IMG/VR virus record: IMGVR_UViG_3300030107_003232
Span: 4,492 to 68,491 of that record
Length of the DNA stretch: 64,000 bases
Strand: one strand, 5' to 3'
Source: a virus
The first letter of the stretch is position 1; the number at the start of each line of letters is the position of its first letter. The notes beneath the pieces are model-generated. The model searched no databases, was not told the DNA's origin, and worked only from the letters and a program-made list of their open reading frames with translations. Shown piece after piece: positions 1 to 9,654 of this stretch. Both the position numbers and the translations under genes were made by a program.

Positions 1-2879
1 GCAAAACCATAGAACAATTCTTCTCTTTCATTAGCAAACTCATGCACCGCTTGTTTGGCTTCATCCATACCACCAACTAAAGTCTGTAAAGCATCCTTTT
101 CTTTTTGGCTAAAGTTTTCTATTTCTTCACCAAATAATTGCATAGATACTCTCAAGTCATCTATATTAGTAATACCGTGCCTTTCAATATAATTTGCTAA
201 CATTTCAAAATCTTCTTGGAAATACCCTATTTCTTGTCTTGTGTCCCTTAGCGTAGTTCTCCAATTATCTTCACCCATCATGTTTTTAGATAAATCAGTC
301 ATTCTCGGTGCAAGTTTATAAGGGTTGATTAAATCCAAATTCCAACCTTCTTCTCCATATTTTTTTAGTATCTCTCCTTCTCGCTTCAATAAATCAAAAT
401 ATCTTTGTGTTTCATCTTCATTTGCTAACCCTAATTCTGTAAACTCTCTAATATCTCTTGCTTGTCGCAGATTTACAATTTCTTGTTGTAAGCCTTCTAT
501 GGTTGTTTGTGTTAAAGTGTCTTGGCTTTGTTCAATTTGCCCTAATAATATCTTTTTTCTTTCTAATTCCTCATTAAGTAATGCCGCAGTATTAAACTCT
601 TGCATATATGAGGCAACAGCCCCCGAATCAGCAACTGCTGTATTGTATTCTTCTTGTGCTTCTGCCGCATCTAATTGTAAGTACCCTAATTTTTCTATTA
701 CGGTTATTGCAGCATAAGCAATTACTAATCTTTTAGTTAAACGGTGAATTGCCGCCGACATTCTGGTTATATTTTTAGTGGTAAACATGGCTGTTTCACC
801 GAAAAATAAGTTTGCTTTTGCTCCGCTATTTGTTGCTAAATTATTAGCATTTTGTGCTTTTGTATCTTCTTCTTTTGCTATAGTCATAGCAATTGTTTTA
901 TATATCTGAACACCCATAGCAGCGATATTCAAAAGCATACCCATTCGTTGCGCTTTTTCTGATTTACCAAATATAGTTAAAGCCATACCGGCGGCAACTA
1001 ATTCATATTGAAGTTGGTTATATTGCCTCGCCATCGCCATAGCAGTTTCTTTATTTCCCTCATTCTCCACGTTTCTTTGAATAGCCATTCCGGTCATGTT
1101 GCGAGCCCTTCTTTCATCATTTCTCGCTATAGTTTCTTTTAATTTATCTTCCATTATTAAGTTTTGTGTTGTTAAACCGCCTCTTACACTACCCGCTCTT
1201 TTTCCTTCATGGTATTGAACGCCTTGTAATGAAATTATTAAATCGTTATTAGCGGCTATTCTATCTCTTATTGCTTGTTCTTCGGCCTTCATATCAGCAA
1301 TTTCTTGTTCGGACAAAATATGACTTTCATAATTTTCAAAGGCTTCCATTTCTCTCGCGTTTTTAAGTTCATTGAGAGAGGCGGTATAAGCGTTTGCTAT
1401 TGGTGTTGCTTCCATCATAACACCATTTACATTTGCTTGGGCCTGTGCGCCCGCTAACTGCTCATTGTTCAATGCTCGCGTGATTGCATGGTAAGTCTGC
1501 ATAGATATTTGCACATTTTTAAGGGAGATAAGCATATTAAAAATTGGACCAGCAAACTTTTGAAATGCTTGTGCTGTTCCCATAATACCGCTAATTATGG
1601 GCCCAAAGAGTCCGCTTTGTGATAAGGCGGCAAGGTCGCGTGTGTATAACGCTTGTTGATTAGTTACCTTTGTTAAAGAGGGCAACAATGACTCACCAAG
1701 AACACCGCTGTATGTTTTGAGTCTTGCTTCTGCTTCATTTAGTTGGAACAGTTCGGTATCACGCCTTCTTTCTATCTCATCCATAGCAGGGAACTGTGCT
1801 AATATAGCCTCAAACTCAAGTTCTCTTACCCTATCAACATTTTCAAGTAATTTAATTAGACGGGTATAGTGTCTGTTTCCGGCGACAGATTGAGCAAGAG
1901 CCTGTTGTTCTGCACCATTCATAGTTTCGTATCTATCTGCTAACTCAACTAAGATTTGGCTAAATGGCCTCATATTACCTTCTGCATCTTTTAGAGATAT
2001 ACCTAACGCAGTTACAGCATCTGCCGCCCCGTTGGTATTAGCACCTAATCGAGCGTATATCATACGAAGGGCACGACCACCCTTACCCTGTTCTTCTCCG
2101 GCCTCAATCAATGTAGCCGACATAGCGGCCATCGCCGCAATACTTTCATTAGTTAGGTGGGCCTGTGAAGCAAACTGATTCATAACGAAAGTAATCTGCT
2201 GCATAGTAGCAGCCGACCTGTTTTCGACCGTGTTAAGTTGGTCGAGAACGCGAATAGAGTTTTGTCTAATTGCTTGCGCTCTTTCTTCGGCCTCCATATT
2301 ATCTTCAAGACCTTGAGTCATAAACTTTGTTTGTTGTTGTAAGTTAATCATTCGCTGCATAGCGGCTTCGGTTTCCATACCGCTTATCAAACCAAACTCC
2401 ATACCCAACCGAGTTCCAGCACTTACTGTTCCTTGACCGAGAACACCGGACAACTGAGCCATTCTTGCCGAAGCCATAAATGCTTCATCAGCGGCAAACC
2501 CATACTCTATACCTATTCTTGATATGTCGTCTTGAACTGCCCTTGCCGCTTCTCCTGTAACATCTAAGAACTTTTCCATTTCAATTCTTGCTTCTTCTAT
2601 TTCTCTTGTAGCCGGTATAACAGCATCCATTAGTTCATTAAATGGTGTTGCTATTTCTTGCGCCGCTTCTTGAATACCCATTATAGCATCCATATATAAC
2701 GCTTCAAAAACAGTAGCCGCTGCTCTTGTATCTTGAATAAGTTTAGTTGCTTGGAATGTTCCCACAATGTCGAAGAAAACTCTTGAAGCACCCGCACGAA
2801 GAACGACCATCGCCACCGCACAGGCAAACATTACGAGAGGAGTAAATGTAAGAGAAGGAAGTAGCATTTCACCTATCAT
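1..2879 (-). CDS. Tail tape measure protein (3' end outside window)
   Basis: Absent from the ORF track because no stop lies in the window. ATG at 2879; frame consistent at both ends. Helical, Ala-rich translation with TP901-type TMP core (AMSATLIEAGEEQGKGGRALRMIYARL...ALGISLKDAEGNMRPFSQIL). Lies downstream of tail tube and chaperones. Confidence 0.9.
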   Translation of the reverse strand, partial: MIGEMLLPSLTFTPLVMFACAVAMVVLRAGASRVFFDIVGTFQATKLIQDTRAAATVFEALYMDAIMGIQEAAQEIATPFNELMDAVIPATREIEEARIEMEKFLDVTGEAARAVQDDISRIGIEYGFAADEAFMASARMAQLSGVLGQGTVSAGTRLGMEFGLISGMETEAAMQRMINLQQQTKFMTQGLEDNMEAEERAQAIRQNSIRVLDQLNTVENRSAATMQQITFVMNQFASQAHLTNESIAAMAAMSATLIEAGEEQGKGGRALRMIYARLGANTNGAADAVTALGISLKDAEGNMRPFSQILVELADRYETMNGAEQQALAQSVAGNRHYTRLIKLLENVDRVRELEFEAILAQFPAMDEIERRRDTELFQLNEAEARLKTYSGVLGESLLPSLTKVTNQQALYTRDLAALSQSGLFGPIISGIMGTAQAFQKFAGPIFNMLISLKNVQISMQTYHAITRALNNEQLAGAQAQANVNGVMMEATPIANAYTASLNELKNAREMEAFENYESHILSEQEIADMKAEEQAIRDRIAANNDLIISLQGVQYHEGKRAGSVRGGLTTQNLIMEDKLKETIARNDERRARNMTGMAIQRNVENEGNKETAMAMARQYNQLQYELVAAGMALTIFGKSEKAQRMGMLLNIAAMGVQIYKTIAMTIAKEEDTKAQNANNLATNSGAKANLFFGETAMFTTKNITRMSAAIHRLTKRLVIAYAAITVIEKLGYLQLDAAEAQEEYNTAVADSGAVASYMQEFNTAALLNEELERKKILLGQIEQSQDTLTQTTIEGLQQEIVNLRQARDIREFTELGLANEDETQRYFDLLKREGEILKKYGEEGWNLDLINPYKLAPRMTDLSKNMMGEDNWRTTLRDTRQEIGYFQEDFEMLANYIERHGITNIDDLRVSMQLFGEEIENFSQKEKDALQTLVGGMDEAKQAVHEFANEREELFYGF

Positions 2880-3180
2880 CGCTTCCCTCTCCACTATGGG
2901 CCTCAACAACAGGGACCCCGCTATCTCTCAGTATATCGAGAAGTTCGTTGTTGTTGTTTAATAGTTTGCGTTGCTCACGCTTTTGATTACGGCGGGCAAC
3001 CATACCCTTAGCGTCCTTTTTAGACGCTTTATTAGTTGCTTCGGATATTTTATCATTGATGTCTGCGGCTATAAGCAGGTCTAATTCCATCAGACGGCGA
3101 CCGCCCTCAACAGAATACTTTAGCCATAAATCAGACGGTAATGTTCCTTTGAAGGCCATGCACAGGCTCGGTGCAACCAT
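2869..3180 (-). CDS. Tail assembly chaperone, frameshift extension (gpT-like)
   Basis: In the -1 frame relative to the upstream chaperone, reached through slippery C CCT TTT; directly precedes the TMP. Confidence 0.7.
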   Translation of the reverse strand: MVAPSLCMAFKGTLPSDLWLKYSVEGGRRLMELDLLIAADINDKISEATNKASKKDAKGMVARRNQKREQRKLLNNNNELLDILRDSGVPVVEAHSGEGSDDR

Positions 3181-3530
3181 CAGGAACTCAGAAAAGGGAC
3201 TGCTCCCTCCTCATCATCGCCACGCACGAACTGTAGTATTGTGTTTAGTTCTTCAAAGGTAAGCATATTAGGGTCTATATTTTCATCAAGAATGCACGCT
3301 GGGACCCAATCTTTAATTTGGTCTTCAACGCTACCGCCCATTTCATCAAGTATATTAGCGAACTCCTCGTTCTGCTCATCAGTCCACTCCGACGGCTCGC
3401 CAGCGTGGCGCATCTTACGGAATGCCTTTCCTTGAATGTTTGTGATACGCAGTCGTTCCATTCCTGACGCTTGCCTAACCCAAATCTTTTTTCCATCATC
3501 TAATTCTATTTCTTTCTTCATAACCGGCAT
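3180..3530 (-). CDS. Tail assembly chaperone (gpG-like)
   Basis: Between tail tube and TMP; probable start MPVMKK at 3530; ends just after a slippery heptamer. Confidence 0.75.
   Translation of the reverse strand: MPVMKKEIELDDGKKIWVRQASGMERLRITNIQGKAFRKMRHAGEPSEWTDEQNEEFANILDEMGGSVEDQIKDWVPACILDENIDPNMLTFEELNTILQFVRGDDEEGAVPFLSS
3192..3198 (-). other. Programmed -1 frameshift slippery site CCCTTTT
   Basis: X XXY YYZ heptamer in the correct phase (GTC CCT TTT); the -1 frame continues TCT GAG TTC CTG ATG GTT into the 2869-3180 ORF. Confidence 0.75.
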
Positions 3531-3583
3531 GGTTTTCACTCTCGCTCTAATATAAGGCACGCCTTGCGGCCTTATTAAAGATT

Positions 3584-3778
3584 TCACTCATCTTTTTCAG
3601 TTTTTGTAGCCTTTGGTGCGGGTTTTTTTGCCGCTGGCTTAGGTTCTGCTTTCTTAGCATCGGGAAATCTTTTACAATATCGCATGACTACCTTTCTATC
3701 AGCCATTTTTTCAATGTCTTCTAAATACTTTTCCGGTATATCTTTACCCAAAGAAAGTGCGAATGCTTTTAAGTCCAT
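3584..3778 (-). CDS. Small Lys/Ala-rich hypothetical protein
   Basis: 64-aa ORF with GAGGTG SD, within the tail operon. Confidence 0.6.
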   Translation of the reverse strand: MDLKAFALSLGKDIPEKYLEDIEKMADRKVVMRYCKRFPDAKKAEPKPAAKKPAPKATKTEKDE

Positions 3779-3788
3779 CTAAAACACC

Positions 3789-4811
3789 TCAGTAGGCAGT
3801 TCCGTCAAGGAGAGAAGAACCGCTCATTTTAATTTGCATGGCTTTGTCTGCGCCGCCAGCATCATAAAGACCTACGAAATTAACAGTCATTGTGTTGGAA
3901 TCTCGACCACTTACGCTTGCTTCGGGTGCTTCAAACCTTACTTTGTAAAAAGATACTTCGATATAATCTGAGCCGCTTTCTTCATTAAGTGTTAGTTTGA
4001 TAGCAGGTGTAGCCCCACTTGGGTTATACAAATCACCATCGGCTTTAATCAAATTGTCGTATGAAGGGTCATCGCCCGTTGGATTTGCACCATAAACAAC
4101 CATGTTTAATTCGATTGTTCCGGTAATTTCCCTACGTTGTGCCTGTGGTGCGCGACGGTATGTTGAATCGCCGAGAGCATAAGCGTTGTCTGTATCTCTA
4201 TTCAAGTTTATTTCAAAAGAAAAAGACTTTACGGTTGCCGAAGCAGTTGTGTTGCCGCTACCATCGTCAAAAACTATTGAACCGTTTGCGAAGTAAAGAG
4301 CATCGAGAGCATCACTAAATGTAGGTGTTTGTAGGGCTGCGCCCCCCGCTGTATGGCTTTCTGCACAACCTACGAAATCAGCAGATAGCATTACATATTC
4401 GCCTACACTTGCGCTCATAGAAAGTCTGTTGCCTACCATACCTGTGAACTCATTTTCAACGCTTTCACGGCCTACTTGAATTGTGAATGAAGGCAAAACA
4501 TCTGTTCCGCTTGGCTCGGTAAAAGTATGAACTGTTCCCGAAGCACTATCTTTGAAAAAGGCACGCATTACATTTGCTGCGAATGGGTCTATTTGTGCCG
4601 CTGCATTAAAACCACCTTCTGCATATTCAGTTCCTGTTACTGACTTTGATGCAATAGAACGGCTCATATCTTGTCTTGTTAGTAAATCGTATCGGTGTGC
4701 AAAAGACTCATCGTCTATCTCACCATATACTTCTGTTCCACCGCTACCTGTTGATTTGTAGGTGGAGCCTTCTTTCTGTATGGAAATATATCTGTTATTG
4801 AACTCAACCAT
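3789..4811 (-). CDS. Major tail tube protein
   Basis: About 340 aa, beta-rich, with tail-tube-like segments (VKSFSFEINLN, RREITGTIEL, MTVNFVGLYD); canonical position; GAGGTG SD. Confidence 0.8.
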   Translation of the reverse strand: MVEFNNRYISIQKEGSTYKSTGSGGTEVYGEIDDESFAHRYDLLTRQDMSRSIASKSVTGTEYAEGGFNAAAQIDPFAANVMRAFFKDSASGTVHTFTEPSGTDVLPSFTIQVGRESVENEFTGMVGNRLSMSASVGEYVMLSADFVGCAESHTAGGAALQTPTFSDALDALYFANGSIVFDDGSGNTTASATVKSFSFEINLNRDTDNAYALGDSTYRRAPQAQRREITGTIELNMVVYGANPTGDDPSYDNLIKADGDLYNPSGATPAIKLTLNEESGSDYIEVSFYKVRFEAPEASVSGRDSNTMTVNFVGLYDAGGADKAMQIKMSGSSLLDGTAY

Positions 4812-4847
4812 AGTTAGCACCTCTATGTGATTGTTTTAGGCATCGGC

Positions 4848-4862
4848 TGTCCTATAAACATT
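4848..4862 (-). promoter_or_regulatory. Late promoter motif AATGTTTATAGGACA
   Basis: Near-identical copy AATGTTAATAGGACA at 15038-15052 upstream of the fibre gene; TATA-like core. Confidence 0.5.
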
Positions 4863-4863
4863 A

Positions 4864-5919
4864 TCATCGGTGTCGCATATCAATCCTACGCATATATGTG
4901 AGCGTGAGAACATGAACGCACACTACTTCGTCGTTATCCATTTTAGGGTCAAGGTCGGCAGTATAGTTTATAATACTATCCGTAGTGCCCTCCACGCCCG
5001 TTTGAGTGTATAATTCATCAAATACTTCTCCCATAAGATTAAGTCCTTTACGATAAGCATTCTCATAATTAGTTCCTTTTACGCTAATAAAAACCTTTAC
5101 ATCATATTCTTGCGTAATTTTAGCGCCTCCGAGTGATTCAAAGGTGGGTGATGATAAGCCCTCAACTAAAACATGAATACTCGGTGAGGCTATACGGTTA
5201 AGCATCTGTGAAGATATATCATACCCATAAACAATAGATGAGTCATCAACTTGTGTTTTTAAGTATGGTCTGTTTGCATTCTTGATTTGCTCGACAATAC
5301 CCAAACCCATGCGGCCCAATGTATCTTGCGCGAAATCGGACACCAATAGTTCTTCGGGGGTAAATGCACCAAACTTACTGTAATAAACAGATGCCCACTT
5401 TACATTACCGGTAGTATTACCCCACCTAACAGTCTTACCGGACCCCGAACTACCGGTTACACTTAAAAATGCGTCATTAGCGTCATCATCGTCAATAATT
5501 TCATGTTTATATAGTTTGGCTGTACCGTCTGCCGCAAGAGTTAATCTTAGCATAAGACTAACGGGCTCGTCTTCGGCCAGCGTTAGGTCAAGGTCTGTTA
5601 GTGTAGCGGTTGTAGCGCCTACGAGTGAAAGGCTTGTGTTTGTGCCTGTGGATTGAACCTCGACCTTGTGTGTGCCGTTATCTAACCTCATCAAGACTTC
5701 GCCGCTATTAGGCGCTGTAGTGTATTCTAAGCACGCAAATAGCGTATAGGCACTTGTGGTAGGGGTGATGGTAAATGTGCTGTTAGTAATGACCCAATAG
5801 CCATTAGAGGCACTACCGCCGCTACCGGACCAACTGTCGTTAAATGTTCCCGTTAAAGCAGACGGGTCTGTTCCGTTCATTCGGCTATTCCAATACTGAG
5901 TCTTTGTTGCTATCGCCAT
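4864..5919 (-). CDS. Tail completion/terminator protein with N-terminal beta-sandwich extension
   Basis: Directly upstream of tail tube; C-terminal ~150 aa resemble tail terminators (SPSIHVLV...EYDVKVFI...VHVLTLTY). Confidence 0.55.
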   Translation of the reverse strand: MAIATKTQYWNSRMNGTDPSALTGTFNDSWSGSGGSASNGYWVITNSTFTITPTTSAYTLFACLEYTTAPNSGEVLMRLDNGTHKVEVQSTGTNTSLSLVGATTATLTDLDLTLAEDEPVSLMLRLTLAADGTAKLYKHEIIDDDDANDAFLSVTGSSGSGKTVRWGNTTGNVKWASVYYSKFGAFTPEELLVSDFAQDTLGRMGLGIVEQIKNANRPYLKTQVDDSSIVYGYDISSQMLNRIASPSIHVLVEGLSSPTFESLGGAKITQEYDVKVFISVKGTNYENAYRKGLNLMGEVFDELYTQTGVEGTTDSIINYTADLDPKMDNDEVVCVHVLTLTYMRRIDMRHR

Positions 5920-6618
5920 CTAACCACCCCTCATTCTCGCGGCAGGGTTTTCTCTAATCCTTCTGTAATATGCGCCTATTTTACTTATTTCAAATGGTCC
6001 TGTTCCGCTTTCTGTTAATTCGACTAAAGATTCATCTCCACTTCTCATTCTCCTACCCTTAACCCCGCCGGTATCTAATTCACCCATATACATATTTTCT
6101 CTTGAGCCAGCAATATACGACACAAATCTTCCGGCTGATGACCCATATTTTTCACCCCACGTTTCTTCGTAATCTAAGGAATCTGCTATTGTTTCGTAAA
6201 GGTCGCCATCTGCTTCTTTGTTGGGATGTAAACGGCTTTTGAAGTTTCTTCTCATGTTTTTTACATCTCTTTGAGTTTCATCTCTTGCTTCTTCTAAAGC
6301 ATAGTCTAATGTTCGTTTTCCAATTTCCATTACTTCTCTATTTATGTTTTCGTTTATTTGTCTATACCCTGCTTTATCAAAAAATGCTTGAAATTGTAAT
6401 GTGTCTTTATCTGATTGCCTAACTCTAAAAGCGTTTTGCTGATTTCTGGGAAAATCCCCTGCTCCAAATAAACCATATTTATTTTCGTTAGACATAGCCT
6501 GTAATTCTCTTTCAAAATAACGCTGTGCGTCATTTAATTGGCTTTGCACATTAGCACGAAATATATCTATCGCGCCTATTTCAGGAAAACCCGGATGGAG
6601 TGCAAGATTTCTCGCCAT
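5920..6618 (-). CDS. Putative neck/tail completion protein
   Basis: Position in the head-tail joining cluster; LVELTESGT resembles the gp10-like 'vEfGT' motif. Confidence 0.4.
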   Translation of the reverse strand: MARNLALHPGFPEIGAIDIFRANVQSQLNDAQRYFERELQAMSNENKYGLFGAGDFPRNQQNAFRVRQSDKDTLQFQAFFDKAGYRQINENINREVMEIGKRTLDYALEEARDETQRDVKNMRRNFKSRLHPNKEADGDLYETIADSLDYEETWGEKYGSSAGRFVSYIAGSRENMYMGELDTGGVKGRRMRSGDESLVELTESGTGPFEISKIGAYYRRIRENPAARMRGG

Positions 6619-6626
6619 TATTACAC

Positions 6627-7163
6627 CTAATCCACACTACCCAAGTGAGCCAACCTTTTTAAGTTCATCTCGCCTCGTTCTCTCAATACTGTTCCGCGCA
6701 ACGAGCCTTCGGGTCCTGTAGTCTGAAATAGGCTTTCATCCTCAAGATAATATGATGCCGCAAGGTCCGCGCATATCTCTCTTAATACATGGGCGAACTC
6801 GCCCTCTTGAACTGCTACATCATCAGCGTGGTCGAAAGAAAGACCGCTGACCCCTGTAAGGGTATGAGTTGATTTACCGGTCCATTTGAAAGAATCTCCA
6901 TCCACATTACCATTACCCGCAGAACTAAATCCTGTGCCGCTGGTAAGGACTATAGAAGTAGCACCTGCTACTACTGCGCCGTCAAGTGTAGTGTCTTTAA
7001 TACTCTTGCTCGGAACATCTCGCCCATAATCACGGAATGTTTGGTCTATGTCTATGGTTGAGCGGCGTATTGCGCTGGTAAGTTTTGTGTTAGCACGGGT
7101 GCGTTGTGCGCTATCAAGGCCCAATCGAGAGCCAACATCAGATATAGAACAATAGTAAGTCAA
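6627..7163 (-). CDS. Head-tail adaptor/connector protein
   Basis: MTYYCSISDV start and LREICADLAASY helix typical of gp6/gp15/gp36-like adaptors; internal beta-strand insert. Confidence 0.65.
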   Translation of the reverse strand: MTYYCSISDVGSRLGLDSAQRTRANTKLTSAIRRSTIDIDQTFRDYGRDVPSKSIKDTTLDGAVVAGATSIVLTSGTGFSSAGNGNVDGDSFKWTGKSTHTLTGVSGLSFDHADDVAVQEGEFAHVLREICADLAASYYLEDESLFQTTGPEGSLRGTVLRERGEMNLKRLAHLGSVD

Positions 7164-7353
7164 TTATAAGCACCGCCGTAAATCCAAACGTTATTAGCCA
7201 AAGCATCCGCTTCTGTAGCCTGTTATAAGCAGCGAGTGTCTTTTCAACATTTGTAATGCGTTTTACCACATCACGACACCATGCGTTCCATTGTCGCTCA
7301 TCCATACTATCACATCTGAGTTGAGATACCCATAGCACCTGCGACAATAGCAA
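7138..7353 (-). CDS. Small membrane protein
   Basis: Coiled segment plus C-terminal TM helix; probable start MDERQW. Confidence 0.5.
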   Translation of the reverse strand: MLLSQVLWVSQLRCDSMDERQWNAWCRDVVKRITNVEKTLAAYNRLQKRMLWLITFGFTAVLIIDLLLFYI

Positions 7354-7582
7354 TTAAGGCTAAAGTAATCTTTTGGGTGTTAGACATATATGATGCAATA
7401 AGACCGTTAGTTATCTCTAATTCAGTAGCAACTTGAGCCAAACCGGTTTTCATATCCATGTTAGACTGAACCAATTGTTCAATGAGTCTTTCATGTCTTT
7501 TTGCCGTTTCTTCTAAATTATCTAATCTTAAATCTATTACACTATCTTTTTCATTCAACATCTTCACCCATGCTTGCTTCAA
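7310..7582 (-). CDS. Coiled-coil protein with C-terminal TM helix
   Basis: Heptad pattern followed by ITLALIAIVAGAMGI. Confidence 0.55.
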   Translation of the reverse strand: MKQAWVKMLNEKDSVIDLRLDNLEETAKRHERLIEQLVQSNMDMKTGLAQVATELEITNGLIASYMSNTQKITLALIAIVAGAMGISTQM

Positions 7583-7937
7583 GTCGGGCTATTAGGTCGG
7601 CCTTCTTGCCCGATACGGCAAGGCCCTTTTCCTTTAGCATAGCCCTCAATTCAGCAACATTTCGGGATTCCAATGTATCTTCGATAGTTTTTAATTCCGA
7701 TTTTGCTTCTGCTACTTTCTCTTTGACTTCTCCCATAGAATCAATAACTTCGTCAAGGGTTATCTTACCGTCAGCATTCAATTCCTGATACTTTTTGTAA
7801 GCCCATGCGCCAATAGCCAAAAGAGCGGCTACCGCAACCAAAATCATTTCTATGTCGTCAAGGAGAGAAGAAGATTCACTCACGCAATCTAAACAGTCCT
7901 CGATTATTGTTGTATTATTTCCCTGCATTTTATTCAC
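7551..7937 (-). CDS. Membrane protein with EF-hand-like loop and SAP domain
   Basis: TM ILVAVAALLAIGAWAY; NADGKITLDE loop; SAP motif VAELRAMLKEKGLAVSGKKADLIARL. Confidence 0.7.
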   Translation of the reverse strand: MNKMQGNNTTIIEDCLDCVSESSSLLDDIEMILVAVAALLAIGAWAYKKYQELNADGKITLDEVIDSMGEVKEKVAEAKSELKTIEDTLESRNVAELRAMLKEKGLAVSGKKADLIARLEASMGEDVE

Positions 7938-8118
7938 CTCTATCGTAAATTATCTGCGTTACGGCTGAGAGCGGGATTACGCTAAATGGCTTGGCGGACC
8001 CTACCCTGTAAATCTTGTAGCCGTGGGGTGTTTCTTCAATGTTTACATTGGTATATGACTTTTCCGGTGGTCTATACACAATTTTACCTTTGCGTAGCAC
8101 CCTGTCTTCGGCAGACAT
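7930..8118 (-). CDS. Hypothetical protein
   Basis: 62-aa ORF overlapping the next gene. Confidence 0.55.
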   Translation of the reverse strand: MSAEDRVLRKGKIVYRPPEKSYTNVNIEETPHGYKIYRVGSAKPFSVIPLSAVTQIIYDRGE

Positions 8119-8142
8119 ACTACACGATAAATCGTAGTATAT

Positions 8143-8496
8143 TTAAGTAGTGGGTATCAATATACCGACATTTTTTAGTTCTTCAAACTGATTTATTATT
8201 TCTTCCCATTCGACAATATCGCAGACTACTTGCGAATAAGAATCGCCTATTTCGTATGCGTGATAGGTTGCATTAGATACCCATATTTTATAACCTTCAA
8301 GACTGTTTACAGATATTTCGACATAAATTCTGTGTCCTTCTTCGTCATGTATTTTATCAACAACATTACCTTGAATTTCCCTACACTCAAAGGGATTTAC
8401 TATTCCGCTATTGGGATAAGGTGGGACATACGGCGCGGCTATAAATATAGTCAATATAATAGCCACCAACATACCGGCTCTATCTTGATACCCCAT
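8143..8496 (-). CDS. Membrane-anchored hypothetical protein
   Basis: N-terminal hydrophobic helix followed by a small beta domain. Confidence 0.55.
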   Translation of the reverse strand: MGYQDRAGMLVAIILTIFIAAPYVPPYPNSGIVNPFECREIQGNVVDKIHDEEGHRIYVEISVNSLEGYKIWVSNATYHAYEIGDSYSQVVCDIVEWEEIINQFEELKNVGILIPTT

Positions 8497-8526
8497 AATT
8501 ATTAAGGGTATGAGTCGTTAGTTAAA

Positions 8527-9078
8527 TCATCGCCAACGTGGGCCTTCAAACCACCCAACAAGGCTCGTTCTTGAGCCGGAAGTGATAGGAGATACGCCAT
8601 GTTCTAAATATGACGGAAAGCAGATAATGGACCCGCGCTTTATCAAACTATCGGGGTCGGGATTCTGTGTGTGTGCAAACGATAATAAACCACCTTCGTA
8701 ATCATCGGGGTCGGTCAGTTGCACAACAATACTCAACTTTCTGTGCTTGCCGTCTTGCCTGTTAAAATCAACATCATGGTGCATATCATACTTATGGCCT
8801 ACGTCTGCATACTCAGTAAATTGCAGGGGCGGTAAATCTGTAAGCGTAAGGTTAAATTGTTTGTTAGCATCCATAGCAACCTTCATTAAAAAGTCGTGCA
8901 TCTCGTTGTATGGCCCAACATTAGGGAGCCACCTAATGTCTGTTTTACGGTGAGTATCATGCCCACCAAAGGTTTTCGCGTCTTCAATAGGTGCTTGGCG
9001 ACCTAATTCAATCCATCGCTCGCAATCTTCTTCGCTAAGGACTTCTTCGTATAATAACCAATTAGGGTATTGCATCAT
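8527..9078 (-). CDS. 2OG-Fe(II) oxygenase (prolyl-hydroxylase/PKHD-like)
   Basis: HxD (HHD), RKLSIVVQL, YEGG, FPSYLEHGVSPITSGSRTSLVGW: complete facial triad and 2OG-binding Arg. Confidence 0.9.
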   Translation of the reverse strand: MMQYPNWLLYEEVLSEEDCERWIELGRQAPIEDAKTFGGHDTHRKTDIRWLPNVGPYNEMHDFLMKVAMDANKQFNLTLTDLPPLQFTEYADVGHKYDMHHDVDFNRQDGKHRKLSIVVQLTDPDDYEGGLLSFAHTQNPDPDSLIKRGSIICFPSYLEHGVSPITSGSRTSLVGWFEGPRWR

Positions 9079-9113
9079 GTGTAATACAACCCATGAAGTA
9101 TATTTAATGGGTT

Positions 9114-9650
9114 TTACCAACACCAACCATTTATTTCTGTAATATAAGGACCATATTTTTCTTTCATGTTAGTTTTATATTCGCCCCAATCACCATCTGA
9201 AATCCATGTATCAAACCAACCAATATCCCAATGACTATCAACAGGTATCTCCCATGTGTTTATGTCTGCGTGGATTAAATTAAAGCGTTCATCTTTAACG
9301 CAGTTATCCCATACTAAATCTATCACATCTTGATATTTTTCAATAATGGTAATTGATGTAATGTTTGGGTTTTCTATTAAAATGTGGTGAGTCATACCTA
9401 TTCCCAAACCACCAATCAATACATCTCCTTTTGCATTATCCCATAACCATTTGTGGTCGTTGTATTCTGCTTCTGAGTCTTGCATTAACGGCATACTGTG
9501 GCCCCTTTTTAATAACACAGTATAATTATCATAAGCCTCATTGGTATGAAGTAAATAAAGAGGCCACCTATTATCGGTCGTGTCTTTAGTGTAGTGGGCT
9601 ATTTCAAAATCACCCGATACACCAACAGGGATATTAACATTTAATTTCAT
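9114..9650 (-). CDS. Class I SAM-dependent methyltransferase (spermidine-synthase-like fold)
   Basis: DVLIGGLGIG motif I, ITIIEKYQDVI motif II, IHADI, DIGWFDTW. Confidence 0.75.
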   Translation of the reverse strand: MKLNVNIPVGVSGDFEIAHYTKDTTDNRWPLYLLHTNEAYDNYTVLLKRGHSMPLMQDSEAEYNDHKWLWDNAKGDVLIGGLGIGMTHHILIENPNITSITIIEKYQDVIDLVWDNCVKDERFNLIHADINTWEIPVDSHWDIGWFDTWISDGDWGEYKTNMKEKYGPYITEINGWCW

Positions 9651-9654
9651 GTTA

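Noticed and set aside
325-3499. Short plus-strand ORFs over the tape measure and chaperone genes
   Set aside because: Antisense to a continuous, recognisable minus-strand operon.
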